NCBI RefSeq assembly: GCF_006345805.1
Contig: NW_021834309.1
Coordinates: 1-50,037, forward strand
Source: Octopus sinensis
Lineage: Eukaryota
Length of the DNA stretch: 50,037 nucleotides
Reading direction: 5' to 3'
The translations under genes and the position numbers were made by a program. Of the stretch, positions 1 through 11,239 are shown in pieces. How positions within the stretch are numbered: position 1 is the stretch's first letter; each line of letters starts with the position of its first letter. The notes beneath the pieces were generated by a model. The model was not told where the DNA came from, did no database searches, and worked only from the letters and a program-made list of their open reading frames with translations.

Positions 1-116
1 AAAACGGTGCAGCTTCTGTATAGCAATTAAATTTTATCACGAACGCTTAACGTCGTATATATATATCATACATTATACACTATGATTACCTATATATATA
101 TATATATATATATATA

Positions 117-373
117 CCGGAGTAAACACATAAATGTGAAACAAGATGGAAAAAAGAGTACTCAAATACCAGGGGTAGAGTAATATGCTTTATTTAAAAG
201 CAGCAGAAATTCAACAAAACCTGTTACTTGGAGTTTCACGTTCCCGTTCGTCGGACAGTTTTTGTTAAAATATTTTAACAAAGTATTTTAACGAAAACTG
301 TCCGACAAACGGGAACGTGAAACTCCGAGTAACAGGTTTTGTTGAATTTCTGATGCTTTTAAATAAAGTATAT
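117..373. mobile_element. Penelope-like (pseudo-LTR) fragment in inverted arrangement, with an HHR-like motif in each arm
   Basis: Arms 183-272 and 284-373 are near-perfect reverse complements; central palindrome tttgttaaaatattttaacaaa at 261-282; (TA)n on both flanks. Confidence 0.6.
221..258 (-). ncRNA. Minimal type I hammerhead-like motif (CCGACGA core variant)
   Basis: Minus strand reads CTGT-CCGACGA-ACG gGAA CGT-GAAAC tccaa GTA-ACAG, giving stem I CTGT/ACAG, stem II ACG/CGT and a GUA site. The plus-strand copy at 298-335 has a mutated core (CCGACAA). Confidence 0.55.
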
Positions 374-408
374 ATATATATATAATATGTATGAGAAAGA
401 GAGATTAC

Positions 409-620
409 TGTGAAGATCCATGATTCAGTGGTTAGGGTGTCGGGTTTACAATCGGTGGCATGGAAAGATGCTAGTATAAATGTGCGACTGCTGGTCTTCC
501 ACAATCTTGCCCGGGCTTATATATATCATGACGGGTAGTCATGATGGGTATATTGAGCTTCGTATATTTTATCCCAGTATCACTTTGATGGCATGCACCG
601 CTCTCTCACTCAATAATAAT
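409..620 (+). mobile_element. Degenerate tRNA-derived SINE with (AAT)n tail
   Basis: A-box-like tcagtggttagg at the 5' end; ends ctctctcactc-aataataat; appears internally deleted. Confidence 0.45.
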
Positions 621-624
621 GATA

Positions 625-950
625 ATCCTTTCTACTAAAAGCACAAGGCCTGAAATTTGGGGGAGGGGACTAGTCGATTATATCGACCCCCGTCCGTAAC
701 AGGTACTTAATTTATCAACTCCGAAAGGGTGAAAGGCAAAGTCTACAACATTGTAAAAAGGATTATTATCATTATTAACGGCAGAGAGCTGGCAAAATCT
801 TTACCACGCCCGACAAAATAAGTAGCGGCATTTCAAAATCTGCCAAAGTCGACTTTGCGTTTCATCCTTACCGGGGAGTTTAAATAGGTATCAGCCAAGC
901 AGCGGAGTCGATGAAATTGTATAGACCCCTCCACCTAAAAATTTCAGGCC
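625..950. mobile_element. Two oppositely oriented fragments of SINE family C
   Basis: 625-743 (minus) and ~779-950 (plus) share gactttgc-tttcatcct...gtcgat...aaatttcaggcc with the full copy at 30962-31180. Confidence 0.6.
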
Positions 951-1577
951 GTCATCGTCGTAGTTGTCGGTGGCGTTGTTGTTTTTGCTACGGCTGTTGC
1001 TATTTACTGCAAATTTCAATCAACCACATATTTCATCTCAATTCTGTTCAAGGAAACCTACTAACTTTATGAAAGCAATAGACTTAACATTACAAAAGCT
1101 TAAAGATTAATTTGCTTTACAATTTTTGACCTGAACACATTAGGTTGCCTTTTATTACTGTCTTCTTTTTTATCTCTTTCATCCTTCAACAAAATGAAAT
1201 CATGTGTCTCTGACCTAAGTCATTCTTATTTATTTTTTTCATTTATCGTTAAATTCCTCAAACCCCTTTGGAATTTCATTGCAATTGAAACAAAAACACT
1301 ATCAGGAAGTCAATAATGATTGCTTTTCTTGTGTTTAATCTTTTATACTTTTTACATTTTGTCTTTGTTTCTCTCTTCATTCTTGTACTAACTCTAAGGA
1401 TTCGGAATTTATAAAAGATAATGTTAAGATTGCTTCCCCATTTCTATACTATATATTCAGAAACTAAAACCGCAATATCACATTAGTTTGAAAATACCGT
1501 AAGTACCGTAAGCTGAAAACATGCTGCAATTTGTATGTATGTTAATACACGCGCGCGCACACACATGTATATGTATT

Positions 1578-1607
<30 letters not shown>

Positions 1608-1613
<6 letters not shown>

Positions 1614-1851
1614 CTTATCACGTGACCGACCAGACCATCAGATGTTGTTACACATCGCTGGTCACAATGCGTTCGCATTGTTTTAGAGTGGTGAAAGAGT
1701 ACAGCCGTGATGACCACCCCCTGCCGGAGCGTCGTGCAGTTTTTAGGTGTTTCGCTCAATAAACACTCACAACGCCCGGTCTGGGAATCGAAACCGCGAT
1801 CCTGCTGCGACCGCGAGTCCGCTGCCCTAACCACTGGGCCATTGCGCCTCC
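1608..1851 (-). mobile_element. SINE family B (tRNA-derived head), tail type 1
   Basis: Minus strand ggaggcgcaatggcccagtggttagggcagcggactcgcgg...ggtttcgattccc (A and B boxes); same head at 16785 and 37213. Confidence 0.8.
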
Positions 1852-1859
1852 ACACACAC

Positions 1860-1957
1860 ATTATATATATATACATATTTATATTATTAATATATATATA
1901 TTATATATATATATAATATAGATACAATATATATATTATACATATATATATATATAT

Positions 1958-1989
<32 letters not shown>

Positions 1990-2076
1990 CTATATATATA
2001 TATATTATATATATATATATATATAATATATTTATATATATATATAATATATTATATATATATATATATATAACAT

Positions 2077-2117
<41 letters not shown>

Positions 2118-2160
2118 ATATAATTATATATATAATATATATTATATATAAATATATGTA
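1860..2160. repeat. Imperfect (TA)n microsatellite
   Basis: Directly visible. Confidence 0.95.
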
Positions 2161-2164
2161 TTTT

Positions 2165-2338
2165 TATTTCGGAATGGTCATATTGCCAGTTTAGCCATAA
2201 AAAACACGCACTATATATTTGGTGTTATTTTGCTTCAGTGATATTTATTTTTTACATTAATCTTAATCTTTTTCGGCCAGAGTTCTTTTTCGTCACACTC
2301 CTGTGTGGCTAAACTGGCAATATGACCATTCCGAAATA
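2165..2338. repeat. 33 bp perfect inverted repeat with a 108 bp spacer
   Basis: tatttcggaatggtcatattgccagtttagcca (2165-2197) and its reverse complement (2306-2338). Confidence 0.9.
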
Positions 2339-2402
2339 TACATATCTGTTTCAACACACGACTTCACATAAAAAATCTTGCACAACAAATATTTAAACGT
2401 AC

Positions 2403-2436
<34 letters not shown>

Positions 2437-2775
2437 ATATATATATACTAATATGGCTAGGGTGTGAGAAGTCCATTACAAAACCATTTTAAACTCTCAT
2501 TTCTAGCCATGTAGAGTGTCTCTAACACCTTAGTCGTATTTATGAGATTATAGGTTTCCTTTTTGGTAAAGCATTACACAATTCTGTCTATATTAATTAC
2601 ACACACAACACACATACATATATATATATATTTATAATATATATATACAATATATATATATATATATAACTTCTTGGAAGAGGTTGCGTGGCGTTCATCA
2701 TATAATAATATAAATAGTATATATATATATGCATATATACGTACGTATATATACATACTTACATCTATACGTGTG

Positions 2776-2842
<67 letters not shown>

Positions 2843-2844
2843 TA

Positions 2845-3930
2845 TGTTGGTACAGGACGTCACGAAACGTGTACACAAAAATATACGAAGCCCAAGAACA
2901 TGGAACATAAACTATTCTTTCGAACAAAAGACACAAATGGAAAACAAAACAAACAACATAAAGAACTACCCTTCATCTGTTGCTGGCTGTTTTTCTAGTC
3001 TCGTTATTTCGAGCATTTAACAACAATATACGCTTTCGATAAAACAGTTGCTCTTGCAAAGCAAATTAAATAAAATTAAGATTTTGCGGAGGATCACAAA
3101 CATGACTGTGAAAACAAGCAGGAAGAGCTGCTAAGCCTAAATGAGGTTGTGGTGGCGAACGCGTAAATCAAGCTAGGACAGGATACAGACAAGAACACGT
3201 CTTCCTTGTTCCAGCTACAACGGAGAGAAAGAAAGAAAGATGGCCGATGCTCACGTGAGAGCCACGTGAGCAAGGGATCAGGAATAAGGGAGAGAGAGTG
3301 ACAGAGTAATAGCATAGAATAGTCGGAGAAGGGGCGGTAAAAGAATAAGAGAGAGAAAAACGAAAGAGTAAAAAGATCGTATAGAGTGCGCATCAGAATT
3401 ATTAAGATACATTGTCAAACTGATCTCAGGCAGTGTTGTGCTGTGTGATTCTATATGTAAGAGATTTGGGTGTCTGGGAGTGAGGTTGGGGTTTGTTAGT
3501 GAGTGGGGTAGTGAAGGAGTGTTGATGAACAAGAGCTGAAAGAAAATAGTGAATAGTAAAAGCAAGATAATCCATTGAGAGTGTAGTTGGAAGCGGTGGG
3601 GTGTTCAAGCAATGTTTTACGAAGGGCTTATGAAAGAGAACCTCCTGCTGGTTCCATTTGAATAGGTGGCCTTTAGTGAAAATATTATGGTTACATGTTT
3701 TTCAAATTCCTCACTTATGGCTGAATCAACTATCTTAATTTTATAAAGAGAAACTTCAGTAATTTGCTATGTTAAAATGAGTTTAGGTTTGTGTCTGAGG
3801 AGGGGGTGTTAATGAGATGTAAGATACATGTCTTTTCAAAAAAAAGGAGGTGATTAAAAAATGGGGTTAATTTTGGAATGCTTGTTGATAGAAATGTATT
3901 TTTTATATTGGTTTGGGAAGGAGATGAGTG
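2845..3930 (-). mobile_element. Probable decayed Penelope-like element (terminal repeat plus faint GIY-YIG remnant)
   Basis: ~2895-3100 is repeated at ~45995-46200, and that copy has CTGATGA on the minus strand. A minus-frame KSLTYRITQH loosely resembles the GIY-YIG 'R.L..R..EH' motif. Confidence 0.35.
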
Positions 3931-4006
3931 AGATCATGCTAGTTTACATATTTACTTCCCTACATATAAATATACAAAAATGTATACATACATTCATACA
4001 TACATG

Positions 4007-4057
<51 letters not shown>

Positions 4058-4261
4058 TCATATATATATACATATACATATACATAAATATGTACATCCG
4101 TGATGACTACCCCCTGCCGGAGCATATATATATTCCAGTTCATACCCATATACTTGCTCATGCATTCACACCTGCTCGTATTTATATATGCCCAGTACAC
4201 CTGCACTACGCACTAGATCTACCTGTATATGTATATACACACACACACCACACACACACAC

Positions 4262-4302
<41 letters not shown>

Positions 4303-4312
4303 TATATATATA

Positions 4313-5408
4313 CTAGCATATCGCCCGGCGTTGGCTCGGTTGTTGTAAGGGAAATAACTATATAAGCATTTTTAGTGAGTTATAGGCAAAAAAATAGCAA
4401 AAAATGCATTAAAAATTGGAATAAAAATTATGGTATTTTTTTTTTTAAATCGTTGACTCATCGTAGACATTTTTTAGAGAGTTTACTTCCCTTATATAAT
4501 AGCGAAAATGCATTAAAATGGAATAAAAAATGATGGTAATTTTTTTTTTAAATCGTAGACTCATCGTAGATGCGCGCTAATACCCAGAAGGGCTCGATAT
4601 GAATCACGACTATAAGATACCCGGTTTTGGTTACACGCACCGCAAAAGTGGGAGTAGTTAGGAATCTAAATCCGTAGGAGACAGACACAACAAACCTTAC
4701 TTTTATATATAAAGATTTGTGCAACAACTAAAACATTCGGTTGTGCAATTGTTTGCACAGGAAACCTGCCCTGTGTGGCGGTAATTGCCGTTTTGTGGAT
4801 CCTGTTTCAGCTTTTTTTAGCGATTTCTGTTTTGGCGACTTCAAGCCATGAAGTCGTTGTTCTAAAAGAACGCTGGTCTCCTTGACAACGCATTACGACG
4901 TTGGATTTCCTTACACTCCCTTCCTCACAGCTTCACGATGGAGGGAAGAAGGAGAGAAAGCAACACAGGTGCAGATGTGAGCATGAACTCCGCCGCCATC
5001 GACACACACGATGCATTAAAATGGAATAAAAAAAATGATGTTAAATTATTTTTAAATCGTAGACTCATCGTAGACGCGCGCGCTAATACCCAGACGGCTC
5101 GATATGAATCACGACTATAAGACACCTGAATTTGGGTTAAACTGCACCGCAAAATGTGGGAGTAGTTAGGAATTTAAATCGAAGGGGACAGACACTCACA
5201 CAACTACAGTTTTATATATATAGATTTCAGCTTTTTTAGCGATTTCTGTTTTAACGACTTCAAGCCATGAAGTCGTTGTTCTAAAAGAACGCTGGTCTCC
5301 TTGACAACGCATTACGACGTTGATTTCCTTACACTCCCTTCCTCACAGCTTCACGCGGGAGGGAAGAAGGGGGAGAAGCAACACAGGTGCAGATGTGAGC
5401 ATGGACGC
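4313..5408 (-). mobile_element. Non-autonomous Helitron, modules A+B plus a partial extra A
   Basis: Minus-strand 3' CTAG at 4313-4316 preceded by a GC hairpin; 5' TC ends at 4715 and 5224; 5225-5408 repeats the block at ~4805-4990. Confidence 0.8.
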
Positions 5409-5409
5409 A

Positions 5410-5990
5410 GTTTGCCAGAAACAAGAAAATATCTTTCCCTCTGAAACACGACCAGAATTCCATCATTCATAATGCGATCAAAGAATGGAATGAACAAAAT
5501 CTGGCAAAAGAAGCTTTTAAGAAAATAAACCTTATGAAAAATATTTGGAACCAATTACAAAGTCAGAGAAAACAGGCATACTGGAAAGCCTTGAGGAATG
5601 AAAACCTTGCAGACACATACAAGATATGGTGAAGTAAGGAACAAGTCGTCTTCTCAAGAAAATTCTATATTAAAGATATAACATTGGAACCAAACGAAGA
5701 AACCAAAATACGATTAAATCTAGTACTCAAGAAACTTGAGACTGAAATCACCCTTCTCCATCTAAGAGTGCCAAAATTCAAAGAAAAATTTGAAAAGTGC
5801 GACAGCATCATTCGAAAAGAAATAAACAAAAGAAGTAAGAACAACGTGCATGAAAAATTATTTGACCTATGGAAGACCGATACAACTCGAGAGGAATTAA
5901 AATCGAAGAAAATCTTGGAGCTAAGAACACAATGGCTGCAAGAATATGAAAAGAACTATAGGAAAGGTCAAATAAAACTCAGAAATTTCG
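5410..5990 (+). pseudogene. Decayed N-terminal coding fragment, probably from a non-LTR retrotransposon
   Basis: Interrupted frame WNQLQSQRKQAYWKALRNENLADTYKIW*...EETKIRLNLVLKKLETEITLL...LFDLWK. Resemblance to RLE-type LINE N-termini is from memory only. Confidence 0.35.
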
Positions 5991-5991
5991 A

Positions 5992-6185
5992 TTGACGGTC
6001 TGGCCCTGGGGGAATTATTCTCGATTCGATGCACAATACCATGGATGTCGAAGAATACAATGAGAATGCTCTTGATTGAGCTGCGGCTCTGTCATGCCTT
6101 CTTCGGTCGTGGAGATGAAGGCGTCTTCCATTGTGACAACTGCTGCTTCATTTCAGGGTCGTACTCGAAGACCCAACTCTCGTCA
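5992..6185 (-). pseudogene. mariner transposase fragment
   Basis: Minus frame DESWVFEYDPEMKQQLSQWKTPSSPRPKKA*QSRSSIKSILIVFFDIHGIVH matches the first catalytic-D region of mariner transposases. Confidence 0.85.
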
Positions 6186-6307
6186 AGGGTGCTATTGAAA
6201 TACGTTGACTCTATCATTAATAAGGAGTTCACTTTTCACATCAACTTGTTTGCATTAGTGTATTCAGAATGTGCGTTTGTGTATATATATATATATATAT
6301 ATATATA

Positions 6308-6818
6308 CTAGCAGTATCGCCCGGCATTGCTCGGGTTTGTAAGGGAAATAACTATATAAGCATTTTTAGAGAGTACTCCCTTATAAATTCGGGCTTTCTT
6401 AGCCATTTTTTGTTTTGGTGTCTTCAAGCCATGAAGTCGTTGTTCTAACAGAACGCTGGTTTCCTTCACAACGCATTACGACGTTGATTTCTTTACACTC
6501 CCTTCCCCACAGCTTCACGAGGGAGGGAAGGGGGAGAAGCAAACAGGTGCAGCTGTGAGCGTGGACGCCAACTCCGCCGCCATCGACATACGATGCATTT
6601 TATGCATTAAAATGGAATAAAAAATGATGTTAAATTATTTTTAAATTGTAGACTCATCGTTGACGCGCGCTAATAGTTCAGACGGGCTCGATATGAATCA
6701 CGACTATAAGATACCCGAATTTGGTTAAACTGCACCGCAAAATGTGGGAGGAGTTAGGAATCTAAATCGAAGGGGACAGACACTCACACAACTAGAGTTT
6801 TATATATATATATATATA
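6308..6818 (-). mobile_element. Non-autonomous Helitron, module A only
   Basis: CTAG at 6308-6311 next to hairpin cccggcattgctcggg; the other end merges into (TA)n; near-reverse-complement of 10261-10771. Confidence 0.8.
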
Positions 6819-6819
6819 G

Positions 6820-6858
<39 letters not shown>

Positions 6859-6861
<3 letters not shown>

Positions 6862-8089
6862 GGTGCGATGGGTAATTGTCGCCATTTTATATTTTAAATT
6901 TCGCATATACGCATTGTTTGTTTTTGATCTTGTCGACTACACAGTATAGTGGAGTCAGTTCGGCACCGTTTGTGATACAAACAGCACCATGCCGCAATTC
7001 ACTCTGCCAGAAATTTGGAAATGACATGCTGTACTGCTTGGCATTCCCACCTGATGCTCCAATACGAACATTTCAGAGAGTTTGGGTGTCAATCTGAGGA
7101 GAGTGCAGAAGATTTTAAAAGCGTTGAGTGAGTCCAATAGTGATGACGAAGGTACGGCTTCTCGGAAAACACACTCTGATCGTTCTAATAAGAAAATAAG
7201 CTCTGAATTTGTTGGTGAGATACAGGCCATGATTGACAACGATCCCTCCAAGCCAGTCAGGTCCATCACCAAGGCGTGTCTGAGTTTCTTACCAGACAGG
7301 TAGTGCATGAAGACATTCGGTATTCCTCATAAAAGATGAGAAACGGCCAACTTTTATCCCAAGCCATCAAGGACAAAAGGAAAGACTGCGCTATGAAGCT
7401 TTTGAACAAACTCAAGCATCTTTCCCCCAACCGAAGATGATTTGGTTTTTCGCAGGCGAGAAAATGTTCTGCCATGATCAGATGGTGAACTCACAGAACA
7501 ACCGTTGGCTTGCCGTGTCTCCAAAACATGTACGATAGTGATAAAAACCAAACATCCAATCAACATCATGGTGTTTGGAGTGATCACTAATGATGGCGAC
7601 GTTATTCCACCATTCATCTTTCTCACACGGCTCCACACTCAAAACGGAGGTTTACATCAAGTGCCTGGAGGAGGTAGTGATGCTCTAAGTCAAGAGAGTG
7701 GCTGGTGGAAAACTCTACGTTTGGTGACAGGATTCTGCACCATGCCACACAAGCAGTAGAATCCAGTTATGGCTGTCAGACAATTATTACGACAACATTA
7801 TCCCTAACATCTGGCCACCTAACTCCCCAGACTACAACCCTCTTAATTATTATGTGTGAGGCGCAGTTGAGCAAGAGACCAACAAGACCGTTCAGAAGAG
7901 CTGTAGGAGATTCCGAAGTCGTCCAGAGGCCGTAGTTGAAACCAATGGCGATTTTATTGAATAAATTTATTCTTTAGTATTTCAAGATATTTTTATGCAA
8001 CTTTAGCAAATATATATTCTAAAATGAGATGTCAGTGTTATTTTCATTTTTTTGCGTTATTTAGACGACACTATATACACCGCACCCTG
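6859..8089 (+). mobile_element. maT (DD37D) Tc1/mariner-superfamily DNA transposon, decayed
   Basis: TIR ends cagggtgcg / cgcaccctg. The frame QDSAPCH...WPPNSPDYNPL(N)YYV places 37 residues between the second D and the third catalytic position (here N). Multiple stops and frameshifts. Confidence 0.85.
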
Positions 8090-8774
<685 letters not shown>

Positions 8775-9260
8775 ACATAGCCGTGTGTATGTATGTATGT
8801 ATTATGCGAGCCTGTTTAGAGCGTATATATACGTAAACCTGGATGAGATGACAGGTGAATGTTGCGTTGCACTTTTTAGGATGCAGTTATTCCAATTATA
8901 CATTTTATTTTGCAGTTTTTATGCTGTGTTATGTTATTTATTCATTTATTTATTTTTTTTATTATTAACTTAAACCTATTTCAAAACAGACGAATGTTTA
9001 TACCTTTTTGCTATGATTTCCCTACAGAATATGAAAAAAGAATAACATTACAAACACAAAATATTCTTGGAAAATATAACTAATTCAGTGAGGTTGAATT
9101 TATTTCATTGAAAGGTACGCTTGTGAACTTACAAATTATCTACACTTGAAAATGTCAGCAAAATTTCGTGAAAAACTTTTGAAATTATTTCATTATCCAC
9201 AAAGAGAATACGGAGTGTTTATACATACATTTATGTGAATATGTATGTGCATTTGTGTGT

Positions 9261-9307
<47 letters not shown>

Positions 9308-9522
9308 ATTATATGTATATATATATATATATAATGTATATGTATATATATGTGTATATATATATGTGTGTGTGTGAGCATATTTAAGCATATATATATA
9401 TATATACATATATGTCTGTATCTATACGATATATGCACACATATATGCACACATATATGCATGAATATAGGCGTGTATATGAAGACGCGTGTGTATGTGT
9501 GTGTACATATACACCTACATGC

Positions 9523-9601
<79 letters not shown>

Positions 9602-9602
9602 T
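9523..9602. repeat. (TAGA)n microsatellite; others at 10097-10204, 17431-17516 and 22910-22982
   Basis: Directly visible. Confidence 0.95.
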
Positions 9603-10095
9603 ACACATATGCTAAGCGATATATCTTGTGGTTATGCGCTTATGCTTGTATTTGTGGATTAATGTTTACGTGTTTTTTAAGCCGTTTCCAATGTTATGTT
9701 TCGTGACGTCTATATCCTTCATACTCTTCCTTTCGTTCGTTGAACTACAATATTGCATATCATCAAAACTTGACATGCACTGAAACTCGCAATTTCATGA
9801 AGCTAAGTAAAGAAATGTAGAGGTTTTAGAAGACATATCTATTTCAATACTGACTGAGTTTAGATTTTCGTGCAGTCAAAAGAGTTAACAGTTTCATATT
9901 TAACATCTTTAAATATCATATCATTTATGATCATTTAGCTTCTCTGTAATAAATACATTACGTACTTTCCGGCATTTTTTATCACATATTATCACCTCCA
10001 GACATATGTTACGCATACACGCACACACACACACATGCATAAATATATACGTATGTATGTATTTATGGTACTTACAGAGAATCATATGCATGTAT

Positions 10096-10195
<100 letters not shown>

Positions 10196-10218
10196 ACAGA
10201 TAGATGCGACCGTGCTCA

Positions 10219-10260
<42 letters not shown>

Positions 10261-10270
<10 letters not shown>

Positions 10271-11168
10271 TGTAGTTGTGTGAGTGTCTGTCTCCTACGA
10301 TTTAGATTCCTAACTCCTCCACATTTTGCGGTGCAGTTTAACCAAATTCGGGTATCTTATAGTTGTGATTAATATCGAGCCCGTCTGGCTATTAGCGCGC
10401 GTCTACGATGAGTCTACGATTTTAAAAATAATTTAACATCATTTTTTTATTCCATTTTAATGCATAATTTTTCGTGTGTCGATGGCGGCGGAGTTGGCGT
10501 CCACGCTCAAACACCTGCACCTGTGTTTGCTTCTTCCCTTCTTTCTCCCTCCCTCGTGAGCTGTGGGGAAGGGAGTTAAGGAAATCAACGTCGTAATGCG
10601 TTGTCAAGGAGACCAGCGTTCTTTTAGAACAACGACTTCATGGCTTGAAGACACCAAAACAGAAATGGCTAAGAAAGCCCGTTTTGGCATCTATAAGGGA
10701 AGTAACTCTCTAAAAATGCTTATATAGTTATTTCCCTTACAAACCCGAGCAACGCCGGGCGATACTACTAGTCTTTATATAAAAAAGTAAGGTTGTGTGT
10801 CTGTCTCCTACGATTTAGATTCCTAACTACTCCCACATTTTGCGGTGCAGTTTAACCAAAACCGGGTATCTTATAGTCGTGATTCATATCGAGCCCTTCT
10901 GGGTATTAGCGCGCGTCTACGATGAGTCTACAATTTTAAAAATAATTTACCATCATTTTTTTTCATTTTAATGCATTTTTTTCGCTATTATATAAGGGAA
11001 GTAACTCTCTAAAAATGTCTACGATGAGTCAACGATTTTTAAAAAAAATTACCATCGTTTTTTTCCGTTTTTTAATGCATTTTTTGCTATTTTTTGGCTA
11101 TAACTCTCTAAAAATGCTTTATAGTTATTTCCCTTACAAACCCGAGCAACGCCGGGCGATACTGCTAG
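10261..11168 (+). mobile_element. Head-to-tail tandem of non-autonomous Helitrons (A: ~10261-10771, B: 10772-11168)
   Basis: Both units end in hairpin cccgagcaacgccggg followed by CTAG; the junction is CTAG|TC; flanked by (TA)n. Confidence 0.85.
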
Positions 11169-11239
11169 TATATATATATATATATATTTATATGTATATA
11201 TGTATATATGTATATTTATATATATATATATATATATTT

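Noticed and set aside
1780-1851. Functional tRNA gene (also 44600-44740)
   Set aside because: No proper acceptor stem, and it continues into a repeat body; these are SINE-type heads.
9028-9114. Exon-like segment (ccctacag ... AAGgtacgc)
   Set aside because: Stops in all three frames and no supporting neighbouring exons.
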